From positions 3,680,001-3,744,000 of the forward strand of contig OY760937.1 in assembly GCA_963664225.1 (NCBI GenBank): DNA of 64,000 bases. Direction: 5' to 3'. The translations under genes and the position numbers were made by a program. Shown here piece after piece: positions 38,397 to 47,586 of this stretch; the first letter of the stretch is position 1; each line of letters starts with the position of its first letter. This stretch comes from Verrucomicrobiia bacterium. GTDB taxonomy: Bacteria; Verrucomicrobiota; Verrucomicrobiia; Limisphaerales; UBA1319. The notes below the pieces were generated by a model. The model had not been told where the DNA came from and did not search any database. It was given only the letters and a program-made list of their open reading frames with translations.

Positions 38397-39326
38397 ATGT
38401 TCTCCTATAAAAACGGCAACCGCGTTCCATTGCTCGTGCTGGCGGGGATTGTCCTGATTTTCTTGAACCCCCTCAGCGCGCTGGTCCGACTCGCGTGGGC
38501 GGATGACATGGTGTCACACGCCCTGCTGGTTCCCGCCATATCCTATTACCTGCTTTCTGTTGGAGCCCGGAAGAAGGGGGGGGGTGAAACAAGCTCTCGA
38601 GGGGCGGGCAAATCCGGGGGCGAAACGGGGCTCACGGGACGGAGAATTGGTCTGCCGCTTCTGGCCATCGGCCTCGTGCTTTACGGGGTGATCGTCTTCG
38701 TGCCTATTGGTTCTGCGACGGACCGCTTGTCCGGGGCCATTCTGGCTTTTGTAATGTGTGTAGCGGGAGCGCATTTTTCTTTTCTCGACCGGCCTGAAGT
38801 CGCGCGCAGCCTCTTTCCCTGCGCCTTCCTGATTTTCATGGTTCCCATGCCTGCCTTCATGTTGCATGGGCTGGAGGTCTTCTTTCAACATGCCTCGGCT
38901 GAGGCTGCCAATATATTTCTGGCTGTGACGGGAACCCCTGTTCTGCGGGATGGTTTGGTGTTTCAAATACCGGGGATCACCATCCGGGTGGCGGAGGAAT
39001 GCAGCGGCATTCGTTCCAGCTATGTTCTGTTCATGACGAGTCTTCTGGCGGGTTATCTTTTTTTGCGAAGTCCGTGGAAGCGTTCTTTCCTGGCTGCGTT
39101 TGTGATTCCGCTGGGGATATTGCGCAACGGCTTCCGCATTTGCACGCTCGCCCTGTTATGCGTGCATGTGGGACCGGAAATGATCGATTCCCCCATCCAT
39201 CATCGCGGTGGACCCATTTTCTTCGTGTTATCATTAATCCCATTTTTTGGGGTTCTCCTCTGGCTCTGCCGCATGGAGCGAAAGCAGCAGGAGAAACAGA
39301 CGGTCGCGGTTCCTCCGGAACATTGA
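38397..39326 (+). CDS. xrt: Exosortase (exosortase/archaeosortase family transpeptidase)
   Basis: About 8 TM segments, SH..LVP, VAEECSGIRS (catalytic Cys), RNGFR (Arg), IHH (His); no EpsI domain fused. Confidence 0.92.
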   Translation: MFSYKNGNRVPLLVLAGIVLIFLNPLSALVRLAWADDMVSHALLVPAISYYLLSVGARKKGGGETSSRGAGKSGGETGLTGRRIGLPLLAIGLVLYGVIVFVPIGSATDRLSGAILAFVMCVAGAHFSFLDRPEVARSLFPCAFLIFMVPMPAFMLHGLEVFFQHASAEAANIFLAVTGTPVLRDGLVFQIPGITIRVAEECSGIRSSYVLFMTSLLAGYLFLRSPWKRSFLAAFVIPLGILRNGFRICTLALLCVHVGPEMIDSPIHHRGGPIFFVLSLIPFFGVLLWLCRMERKQQEKQTVAVPPEH

Positions 39327-39395
39327 CCGGATCATTACAAAAACAGACCTGTTTTCTCATTGTCAGTCTGATTTCTTGCGGCACACTTTCAACCC

Positions 39396-41696
39396 ATGGA
39401 TTTGCATTTTAGATATCGGGGTTTTAACCCCTGGCGGGGACTGGCATGTCTCGCCGCCATTGTTTGTCTGGCTTCCGCCACCCTTAAAGCTGAAGTGCCC
39501 CGGCCGGAGCATCCAAGACCGGATGCCTTTCGCGCGAATTGGGCGACACTGAATGGCGAGTGGCAGTTTGAGATCGATTCCAAGGCCGACGGGGAAGCCC
39601 GTGGTTTGATCACCGGCAAGGACCTTTCCGCCAGGATCATCGTGCCGTTCAGCCCGGAGAGCAAACTTTCGGGAATTGGAAACACCGCGCTGATGACGAA
39701 CGTCTGGTATCGCCGGACCTTTGAAGTGCCTGCGGCAATGAAGGGCCAGCGCGTGCGACTGCATTTTGGCGGCGTCGATTACAAGACGTGGGTCTGGGTC
39801 AACGGCCAGCCTGTGGGCAGCCATGTCGGCGGCAGTGCGGCCTTTAATTTCGAGATCACAAAAGCCCTGCGTACGGGCGCCAACGAATTGGTCGTCAAAG
39901 TCTTCGATGACACGGCCAGTGCAAAACAACCCGCCGGCAAACAATCCTTCGGCATCAGCGAAGGGTGTGTCTATACGCGCACCACGGGCATCTGGCAGTC
40001 GGTCTGGCTTGAGGCGGTGGGCAGTTCCTTTGTGGAGAGTTTCTCCGTTACGCCTGATCCCGATCATTCCCGCGTCCTGGTTGAAGTTGGCGTCAACGGC
40101 GCGGAGCCCGATCTGACACTGACCGCCGAGGCCTTTGCGGACGGCAAGCGCGTGGGATATGAATCCAGCCCCGCACAGTGGCGCAACCATCGGCTGGTGG
40201 TTAACTTGAGCCGCAAGACGCTTTGGGAACCCGGCGCACCGTTCCTCTACGACCTCAAGTTTACACTTCGCAACGGAGTGCGGAAGGTGGACGAGGTGAC
40301 CAGCTATTTCGGTTTGCGCAAGGTGGCCATCGATGGCCGTTCGATTCTCATCAACGGCAAACGCGTTTTCCAGAGACTCATTCTCGATCAGGGCTTCTAT
40401 CCGGATGGCATCTGGACCGCGCCCTCGGACGCCGCGTTAAAGCACGACATCCAGATGAGCTTGGACATGGGTTACAACGGGGCGCGGCTGCATCAAAAGG
40501 TTTTTGAGCCCCGCTTCCTCTATTGGGCGGACAAGATGGGCTACCTCGTCTGGGGCGAATTTCCCAACTGGGGCTATAACTATCAGCCTGAGAATTACGC
40601 CAATTACATCAACGAATGGACCGAGGTGTTGCTGCGCGACCGCAACCATCCCTCCATCATCGGCTGGTGTCCGTTCAATGAAACTCCCGGACAGGCTGGC
40701 GAAATCCAGCAAATCGTCTGGCATGAAACCAAGGCCATCGATCCCACCCGGCCCGTTCTTGAAACCAGCGGCTGGTCGCATTCGATGCAGAACGTCGAAG
40801 TGCGCGATGATCATGATTACAACCAGAATCCCGCCGCCTTCAAACAGCGCTGGATGGAATTTTTCACCGATTCCGGTTCTCTGCCCGCGCCTGCGCGGTA
40901 TTCGACCGGGGCCGGTCGACGGGAGATTGGGGTGCCTTTCATGGTCAGCGAATTTGGCGGCACGGTCTGGGGTGACCGGGTCGGCGGCTGGGGTTACGGA
41001 GAGGGCCCCAAGGATTTGGAAGGCTTTTATACCCGCTATGAGGGCTTGGTAGGCGCGTTGCTCGATAATCCAAACATGTTCGGCTTCTGCTACACGCAGC
41101 TAACGGACGTCGAACAGGAACACAACGGCCTCTATTTCTACGACCGGAAGCCCAAGTTCGACGCCCAGCGCATGCATGCGATCACGTCGCGCAAGGCCGC
41201 CTACGAAATTACGGGTCCCACGGCCCGGATACCCGCGGACGTGCGCCAGAGTGAATGGCGCGTGGTGGTCGGTTCCGCCGTCGATGGCGCCCTGTCCAAG
41301 CCCTACCGCAACACCACGCAGGCACCTGCGGCAAACTGGACCGAGGTGGGCTTCGATGATGCCGCCTGGCAGACCGCTCCGGCGCCCTTCGGCACCGTTG
41401 GCAAATTCCGCACTCCGTGGAAAACCAGCGACCTCTGGCTGCGGCAGACCTTCCAGTGGGATGGAGTGGATTTCAAAGAGGCCGCCCTCGCGATCTTCCA
41501 CGACGAAGACACGGAAGTGTATGTCAACGGCAGGAAGATCTGGAATCGCGCCGGGTTCAACAATAGCTACGAATTCTTCCGTCTGGGCGACGCGTTGAAG
41601 ACGGCGATCAAGAAGGGGGACAACACCCTGGCCGTGCACACGCACCAGACCGAGGGCGGTCAATTCATCGACCTCGCTCTGTTGGTTGCGAAATAA
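39396..41696 (+). CDS. Secreted glycoside hydrolase family 2 (beta-galactosidase/glucuronidase-like) with extra C-terminal beta-sandwich
   Basis: Signal peptide, HPRPD..R..W.TLNGEW, FGGVDY, TTGIWQSVWLE, LDQGFYPDG, NHPSIIGW.PFNE, SEFGG, YTQLTDVEQE.NG. Confidence 0.93.
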   Translation: MDLHFRYRGFNPWRGLACLAAIVCLASATLKAEVPRPEHPRPDAFRANWATLNGEWQFEIDSKADGEARGLITGKDLSARIIVPFSPESKLSGIGNTALMTNVWYRRTFEVPAAMKGQRVRLHFGGVDYKTWVWVNGQPVGSHVGGSAAFNFEITKALRTGANELVVKVFDDTASAKQPAGKQSFGISEGCVYTRTTGIWQSVWLEAVGSSFVESFSVTPDPDHSRVLVEVGVNGAEPDLTLTAEAFADGKRVGYESSPAQWRNHRLVVNLSRKTLWEPGAPFLYDLKFTLRNGVRKVDEVTSYFGLRKVAIDGRSILINGKRVFQRLILDQGFYPDGIWTAPSDAALKHDIQMSLDMGYNGARLHQKVFEPRFLYWADKMGYLVWGEFPNWGYNYQPENYANYINEWTEVLLRDRNHPSIIGWCPFNETPGQAGEIQQIVWHETKAIDPTRPVLETSGWSHSMQNVEVRDDHDYNQNPAAFKQRWMEFFTDSGSLPAPARYSTGAGRREIGVPFMVSEFGGTVWGDRVGGWGYGEGPKDLEGFYTRYEGLVGALLDNPNMFGFCYTQLTDVEQEHNGLYFYDRKPKFDAQRMHAITSRKAAYEITGPTARIPADVRQSEWRVVVGSAVDGALSKPYRNTTQAPAANWTEVGFDDAAWQTAPAPFGTVGKFRTPWKTSDLWLRQTFQWDGVDFKEAALAIFHDEDTEVYVNGRKIWNRAGFNNSYEFFRLGDALKTAIKKGDNTLAVHTHQTEGGQFIDLALLVAK

Positions 41697-41721
41697 GGAA
41701 GCCTTCGCTTTTTGAAACGAC

Positions 41722-41749
41722 AAGCCCGGTCCGCAAGACCGGGCTTTTT
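41722..41749 (+). terminator. Intrinsic terminator
   Basis: AAGCCCGGTC-CGCAA-GACCGGGCTT followed by TTT. Confidence 0.85.
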
Positions 41750-42084
41750 CGCTTTCAACAGGAACCATATTTGGGGCAATCAGGACAAAAATTCCGGATA
41801 AGATAACCAGGGCAGTGTCCGACTAAGGTATTTGTAAGAAGAAATAGTCGCAAAAAGGCCGGAGAGTTCAGAGCGCCGGTCTCTGGCCCGCTTGGCGCTT
41901 TGCGGTTTTCCGTACTCCTGAATTTTGACCTGCCTTCACTTACGTTCCTACCCTGCCGGATCGCGGGTTCCATAATCCCGTTGACGAGGCCCGGTTCTTG
42001 CCGGAATATTCGTAGCGGCATTGGCTGGGGAGGAATCGTGGCCCGGGCCGAAGCCCTTTTTATAAAATAAGTTTGCAATCGACT

Positions 42085-43308
42085 ATGAACCTGGACGCCC
42101 TTTATTCGGAATTAATACTCAAGCCGACCGCCAAAATGGCTTTGGTGGTCATGGATGGTGTGGGAGACATTGCCATCAAGAAATATAATTACATGACACC
42201 GCTGGAAGCCGCCCGGACGCCCAACTTGGACGCCCTGTGCAAGGACAGCATTCAGGGCCGTCTGACGCCCGTGGCTCCCGGCGTCACACCGGGCAGCGGT
42301 CCCGGACATCTGGCCTTGTTCGGCTATGACCCCATCGAATTTCAAGTGGGCCGCGGGGTGATCGAAGCCCTGGGCCTGGGATTGGACTTGCAGGCTGGCG
42401 ACGTGGCCGCCCGCGCCAATTTCTGCACGCTTGATGCCAAGGGCATCGTGACCGATCGCCGGGCCGGACGCATTCCCACAAACGTATGCGAGGAGCTTTG
42501 CGCGTTGATGGCGAAGAAAATCAAGAAGATTGGCGATTGCGAAGTCATCATCAAGCCGGGCAAGGAACACCGGTTCGTGGTGGTGTTTCGCGGCAAAGGC
42601 CTCGAAGGCCCCATGACCGATGCCGATCCGCACCGCGAGGGGTTGACCATTCCCAAGAGCATGCCGGTGGATCCCAAGTCTGCGAAGGCCAAGAAAGTGG
42701 CCAAGCTGATCGAGGAGTTTTACAAGCTGGCCCTGCCAGTGCTCGCAGGCAAACAACCGGCGAACGGTTTCCTCATGCGCGGTATTGCGCATCAGCCGGA
42801 GATTCCCATGTTTGAAGATCGTTACAAGATGAAGGCTGCGTGCATCGCCGTGTATCCAATGTATAAGGGCCTGGCGCAATTGGTGGGCATGACCAAGATC
42901 GAAGGCCCGCAAACCATTGCCGAGCAGTTCCAACGCTACAAGGCAGAGTACGATAACTACGACTTCTTCTTCATCCATTTCAAATACACCGATAAATTCG
43001 GCGAAGACGGCAATTACGAGGCCAAGAAGAAGGCCATTGAAGATTTCGACGCGGCGCTGCCCATCCTGCTGGAAAAACGGCCGGATGTCATTGCCATTAC
43101 TGGCGATCATTCGACCCCGGCCCCGATGAAGGGACATTCCTGGCATCCGCAACCGGTGCTGCTCACCTCGGCGATTTCCGGCTCGGACAAGTTGGAGCGT
43201 TTCACGGAAACGGGCGCGAACCAGGGTTCCCTGGGCGTGATGGAAGGGAAATACCTCCTGCGCCACATGCAGGCCAACGCCAAACAGTTCGATAAGTTCG
43301 GCGCTTAA
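42085..43308 (+). CDS. apgM: 2,3-bisphosphoglycerate-independent phosphoglycerate mutase (ApgM type)
   Basis: MDGVGD, TPLEAA.TPNLD, PGSGPGHLALFGYDP, DRRAGRI, YPMYKGLA, H.K.TD..GEDG, TGDHSTP, HSWHP. Confidence 0.9.
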   Translation: MNLDALYSELILKPTAKMALVVMDGVGDIAIKKYNYMTPLEAARTPNLDALCKDSIQGRLTPVAPGVTPGSGPGHLALFGYDPIEFQVGRGVIEALGLGLDLQAGDVAARANFCTLDAKGIVTDRRAGRIPTNVCEELCALMAKKIKKIGDCEVIIKPGKEHRFVVVFRGKGLEGPMTDADPHREGLTIPKSMPVDPKSAKAKKVAKLIEEFYKLALPVLAGKQPANGFLMRGIAHQPEIPMFEDRYKMKAACIAVYPMYKGLAQLVGMTKIEGPQTIAEQFQRYKAEYDNYDFFFIHFKYTDKFGEDGNYEAKKKAIEDFDAALPILLEKRPDVIAITGDHSTPAPMKGHSWHPQPVLLTSAISGSDKLERFTETGANQGSLGVMEGKYLLRHMQANAKQFDKFGA

Positions 43309-43442
43309 TCCGTTTTTGGCTCCCGCAGTTCAAACAACGGGGAGCCTCAATACGCGTGTTGTTTTGAAGGGGTGTTTCGCTCAGGCGCCAGCCGCCTTTC
43401 AGGCGGAACGCCCTTCTTTGTTGAATACGGAGATATTTTTTG

Positions 43443-44198
43443 ATGAAAGCTGTAATTCTGGCGGCGGGCAAAGGCACCCGAATGCGCGAGTTGACCGGGG
43501 AGCTTCCCAAGCCGATGCTCAAGGTCTGGGGCAAACCGATTCTTGAACATATCCTTACCGGTCTGGCCAGTGCCGGGATCAAGGACGTCTTCATCGTTAC
43601 CGGCTACCGCGCGGACGTTGTCGAGAATTACTTCGGGACCGGCGCGAACTGGGGGTTGCGAATTGCCTATGGTCGGCAGGTGGTTCAGGACGGCACTGGC
43701 AAGGCTCCCGAATTGGCCCGCGAATTCATTGGCAAAGACGATTTTCTGCTGACCTACGGCGACATTCTCGTCAAGCCCGACACTTACAAGCAGATGGTCG
43801 TCCGGTTTGGGGAAGGGGACTTTTCGGGATTGATTACGGTCACACCGGGTGAAGATGTGACCAAAGGCGGGATCGTTTTGTTCGACAAACAATTTCACCT
43901 GGACCGACTGGTGGAGAAACCGTCTCCGGAGCAACTGGATTCCTTGCGGCAGGAAGGGCTGTTAGCCCCCGGCCAGACGGTTTGGTACAATGCCGGTGTG
44001 TATATCTTTAAAGCGCTGGTTTACGAATATACGGCGCGTCTCCAGAAATCCCCGCGTGGTGAATATGAGCTAACCGATGCGATCATTGCCATGCGCCGGG
44101 ATAAACACTGCCTTGCGGGACTTCAAATTCTCGGACGTTGGGTGGATGTCCGTGATCCGGAGGTGTTGAGCGCCCTTGAGAAGAGCGCCGGATTGTAA
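43443..44198 (+). CDS. Sugar-phosphate nucleotidyltransferase
   Basis: LAAGKGTRM...PKPML, QDGTG, YGD, VEKP, SPRGEYELTD. Confidence 0.9.
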   Translation: MKAVILAAGKGTRMRELTGELPKPMLKVWGKPILEHILTGLASAGIKDVFIVTGYRADVVENYFGTGANWGLRIAYGRQVVQDGTGKAPELAREFIGKDDFLLTYGDILVKPDTYKQMVVRFGEGDFSGLITVTPGEDVTKGGIVLFDKQFHLDRLVEKPSPEQLDSLRQEGLLAPGQTVWYNAGVYIFKALVYEYTARLQKSPRGEYELTDAIIAMRRDKHCLAGLQILGRWVDVRDPEVLSALEKSAGL

Positions 44199-44311
44199 AA
44201 GAATACGGGCGGAAGAAAATCCGCCCGCTGTCAAACGGTTTGAACTTCAGACTTCCAGGCTGATGAAGACCTGCGTCCGCAGCAGCCCGTGAAGTATTGA
44301 TGCGCCGAAGT

Positions 44312-44665
44312 TCAGGCGGCCAGGTCCATAAACAGAGGACTCTTCTCCCGGATGCGCGCTTGGATTCCCGCCTTAAATCTGGCGGTTGCAACCTTTTCCT
44401 CAGCGAGCACGGGCAGCACCAGCAATGGAAAGGAAGTCATCCAAGCCAGGGTGGCGGCTTCAGAGACGGCTTGCCGCAGCGGCTCATGCGATGCATTAAG
44501 GGGCGCTTCCGCAAGCAGCTTTTCCAACACCCGGTCTTTGAGCGATTCCAAATGCCGCTCCATTTCGCCGCGCGATGGCACGGAGGGAACTGTGACTTCG
44601 AAGCGGGTTTCCTCTTCGAAACGAGCTGGCAACCTGTATTCGGTGGCGTTCATAAATTGATTCAT
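44312..44665 (-). CDS. Small hypothetical helical protein (about 113-117 aa)
   Basis: Open frame with protein-like composition (FEEETRFEV...LESLKDRVL...EAATLAW.TSFPLLVLP.LAEEK); start at ATG 44665 or 44653, downstream of the attenuator hairpin. Confidence 0.7.
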   Translation of the reverse strand: MNQFMNATEYRLPARFEEETRFEVTVPSVPSRGEMERHLESLKDRVLEKLLAEAPLNASHEPLRQAVSEAATLAWMTSFPLLVLPVLAEEKVATARFKAGIQARIREKSPLFMDLAA

Positions 44666-44721
44666 TCTAATACTTCTGTGGCCGGTCTTTTTTCCTTCCG
44701 GCGCCTTTCTTTGTTCAAAAC

Positions 44722-44759
44722 GAAAAACCCGCAATTGCACTGGCAACTGCGGGTTTTTC
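44722..44759 (-). terminator. Attenuator-type intrinsic terminator in the 5' leader of the small gene
   Basis: Minus RNA AAAAACCCGCAGUUGC-CAGU-GCAAUUGCGGGUUUUU followed by CGUUUUG. The one non-Watson-Crick pair is G-U only on the minus strand. Confidence 0.75.
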
Positions 44760-44782
44760 AAAATTAATTGATCTTCGATTAC

Positions 44783-44893
44783 CTAACAACTCCCCCCGCA
44801 GTTTGATGGGAGCCAAATACGACGACCCGCACACATGACGCGCTGCGCGCCGCCGTGTCGGACGATCGATTTGGTTGTCAGTTTATGTGACAT
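44783..44893 (-). CDS. Putative attenuator leader peptide (36 aa)
   Basis: MSHKLTTKSIVRHGGAQRVMCAGRRIWLPSNCGGSC*. The last codons contain AACUGCGGG, complementary to the 5' arm of the terminator. Confidence 0.55.
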   Translation of the reverse strand: MSHKLTTKSIVRHGGAQRVMCAGRRIWLPSNCGGSC

Positions 44894-45041
44894 ATTATTA
44901 ACCGTTTCTTTCTATAAAGACGCCATAAGAAACCCTATTGGCCGTCATTTGTCAAATCGATTCGCAAAATTTGTTGCATTCATGGGGTCATTGCCGTTCA
45001 GGACGGTTGACAGCGGGGCCTGGTTCGGCGTCGATAGAGAG

Positions 45042-45788
45042 GTGACAGATGCGCTGCTGAACATCCTATTCGAAGACGCCGATTTGCTGGTGGTCAACAA
45101 ACCGGCAGATTTGGTGTGTCATCCTTCCAAGACCGGCCCGCTGTCGAGCTTGATTGGACGGCTGCGGCTTTATCTGGGCGAAGGCGCCGCGCCCCACCTG
45201 ATCAACCGCCTGGACCGTGAGACCAGCGGCGTGGTGGTGGTGGCGAAGAATCTCGATGCTGCGCGTGAAATGCGCCGCACCTGGGAAAAGCGTGAGGTGC
45301 GCAAGGTCTATTGGGCTGTCGTGCATGGCTGGCCTGAGAAAGCGGAAGGCGTGATCGTGGCCCCGATTGGCGATGACGAACTGAGCGTGGTGGTCATCAA
45401 AGGCCGGGTGTGTGAGAATGGGGCACCGTGTGAGACCGCGTATCGGGAATTGCGGCGCTGGACACGTTTTGAAAAGCCTTTTGCATTGTTGGAGGTGCTG
45501 CCATCGACGGGGCGCAAGCACCAGATTCGCATTCATCTGAGCCACATTGGCCATCCCATTGTGGGGGATAAGCTCTATGGAGGCGATGAGCGCCTTTACC
45601 TGGATTTTGTGCACAACCGGCTGAATGATGCGCAGCGCCAGATTCTCATGTTGGCAAACCAGGCTCTGCATGCGCGCGAGGTGCAATTGATCTTTCGTGG
45701 CATGGAGTGGCGATTCAAGGCGGAACCCGAGACGGAATTTGCCAGTTTCTGCGCGCCGCCGGTGGAATCCCTTTTGCCTCACTCTTGA
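45042..45788 (+). CDS. RluA-family RNA pseudouridine synthase
   Basis: VVNKPADLVCHP, NRLDRETSG (catalytic Asp), TGRKHQIRIHL..IGHPIVGDKLYG, QALHA. GTG start inferred. Confidence 0.92.
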   Translation: MTDALLNILFEDADLLVVNKPADLVCHPSKTGPLSSLIGRLRLYLGEGAAPHLINRLDRETSGVVVVAKNLDAAREMRRTWEKREVRKVYWAVVHGWPEKAEGVIVAPIGDDELSVVVIKGRVCENGAPCETAYRELRRWTRFEKPFALLEVLPSTGRKHQIRIHLSHIGHPIVGDKLYGGDERLYLDFVHNRLNDAQRQILMLANQALHAREVQLIFRGMEWRFKAEPETEFASFCAPPVESLLPHS

Positions 45789-45868
45789 TTGAAATCCGGT
45801 TTTGTGTATGGTGAATAGACGTGAATCGCTTTGAACAAAAAGGCGCCAAACGTATCGAATAGAAGATT

Positions 45869-46567
45869 ATGACATTGGGAATGATGATTTGGGGCAGTTA
45901 TTGGTGGCTGATGATTCCAGGGTTGTTGCTGGGCATTTACGCGCAGATGAAGCTCTCATCCACTTATGCGCGCTTCAGGCAGGTGCCCTCCCAGAGGGGG
46001 ATCACGGGCGCGCAGACCGCCCGTTATATCCTGGATCAAAACGGGCTACAGGATGTTCCTGTGGGCGAAGTTCCGGGAGAGTTGTCCGACCATTACGATC
46101 CGACGAAGAAAGCCTTGTTTTTGTCCAGCGATATCTATCATGGCACTTCCCTGGCAGCGATGGGTGTGGCCGCGCATGAAACAGGCCACGCTCTTCAACA
46201 CAAAGTGTCGTATGCGTTCCTGAGCCTGCGCTCGGCGCTTGTGCCGGTGACCAATTTTGCCTCGACGGCGGCCTTCTGGATTTTCTTCCTGGGCATGTTC
46301 ATGAATTACGCCAAGTTTGCGATGCTGGCGGTGGTTATTTTCGGAATCATCACACTGTTTCAAGTGGTCACACTGCCGGTGGAATTTGACGCCAGCAGTC
46401 GCGCAAAGGCGCAATTGCAGGCTCTTGGTTTGGTCTCCCCTGAGGAAAGCGCCGGAGTCAGCAAGGTGCTCAGCGCCGCCGCCATGACCTATGTGGCTGC
46501 CATGGTTTCTTCGGCCATGACCCTGCTGCAATTTGTTTTGATGGCCCGCGGCAGCGACCGGGACTGA
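45869..46567 (+). CDS. Membrane zinc metallopeptidase (YugP/Zn_peptidase_2 family)
   Basis: LSDHYDP, AAHETGHALQ (HExxH), TLPVEFDAS.RA, AAAMTYVA. Confidence 0.92.
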   Translation: MTLGMMIWGSYWWLMIPGLLLGIYAQMKLSSTYARFRQVPSQRGITGAQTARYILDQNGLQDVPVGEVPGELSDHYDPTKKALFLSSDIYHGTSLAAMGVAAHETGHALQHKVSYAFLSLRSALVPVTNFASTAAFWIFFLGMFMNYAKFAMLAVVIFGIITLFQVVTLPVEFDASSRAKAQLQALGLVSPEESAGVSKVLSAAAMTYVAAMVSSAMTLLQFVLMARGSDRD

Positions 46568-46713
46568 TTCTGGCCCTTATTCACGTTTCATTGAGCCGGT
46601 GGTTCTCCACGCGTTCTTTCTTTTTGTGGAGATTTTTCCGATAAAATGCTTGTCGAGCCATTGCATTTTGGCGGTCCCGGTTTATTTTAAAACAGCCGCA
46701 GTTTCGCGGTATT

Positions 46714-47586
46714 ATGAATACGGCAGGAATAAGGGAAAATCCGTCTGCGCTGACCGAACGCCAGCGCGGTGCCTTAATCAGTCTCCTCGCTGATGAAGAT
46801 CCCCTGGTTTATCAGGACATTCGCGAAACCCTGATTTCTTATGGTTCCCAGGTGGTGGATTGGCTCAAGCCCTATACCCGGGATTGCGATCCGATGCTGC
46901 GTCGGCGAGCCTGTGAGATCAGCCTCCATCTGGGACGTCAGAAAGCGGATACCCATTTCCTGGCCTTTTGTCTGAGTCGCGGCGAAGACCTTGATTTGGA
47001 GTATGGCACCTGGCTTCTAGCTCAAACCCAATATCCTGAAATCAACGTCAGCGCCTATCAGGCAATACTGGACGGCTATGTCATTGAATTGAGGGAACGC
47101 CTCACTGGCTGCTATGGGCCGGAAAAGATACTGGCCATCACCAACCAATTTTTATTTGCGGAATTGGGGTATGCGGGCAACGAGCAGGATTATTACGAGC
47201 CTGAAAACAGCTATTTCAACAAAGTGATCGATCGGCGCCTGGGCAATCCGATCAGCATGTGTCTGCTTTATTTGCTGGTGGGTCGGCGGCTGCGTTTTCC
47301 GCTGGTAGGCATTGGGATGCCCGGACACTTTGTCTGCCGATTTCAGACCCCCTCAGCCGAATTGTTTGTGGACGCGTTTAACCGGGGTAAAATTTTGACA
47401 AAAGCCGATTGCATCAAGTATTTGCTCCAATCTGGCCACGGTTACCTGGAGGGGTATCTGGCTCCCGTCAGTCCCCGCCGGATGCTGTTGCGCATGTGCG
47501 CCAACCTTCATCAGATCTATGTTGATATGGAGCAGTCAGAGCAAACCTCCCGCTTGCAACGCTATATTGTCGCGCTCTCCAAATAG
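46714..47586 (+). CDS. SirB1/transglutaminase-like core domain protein
   Basis: GN..DYYEPENSY...VIDRR.GNPIS, GIGMPGHF, FVDAFN.G, RM..NL. Confidence 0.85.
   Translation: MNTAGIRENPSALTERQRGALISLLADEDPLVYQDIRETLISYGSQVVDWLKPYTRDCDPMLRRRACEISLHLGRQKADTHFLAFCLSRGEDLDLEYGTWLLAQTQYPEINVSAYQAILDGYVIELRERLTGCYGPEKILAITNQFLFAELGYAGNEQDYYEPENSYFNKVIDRRLGNPISMCLLYLLVGRRLRFPLVGIGMPGHFVCRFQTPSAELFVDAFNRGKILTKADCIKYLLQSGHGYLEGYLAPVSPRRMLLRMCANLHQIYVDMEQSEQTSRLQRYIVALSK

Noticed and set aside
41755..42078. 107-aa minus-strand ORF in the GH2-apgM gap
   Set aside because: No motif, non-ATG start, and it spans the probable apgM promoter region
42112..43266. 384-aa minus-strand ORF
   Set aside because: Antisense shadow of apgM caused by codon bias
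44666..44761. N-terminal extension of the small minus-strand ORF from TTG 44761
   Set aside because: Runs through the terminator hairpin; downstream ATGs are more plausible
44835..45041. 69-aa N-terminal extension of the RluA ORF
   Set aside because: Family similarity starts at ILFED; the extension overlaps the divergent leader and promoter region
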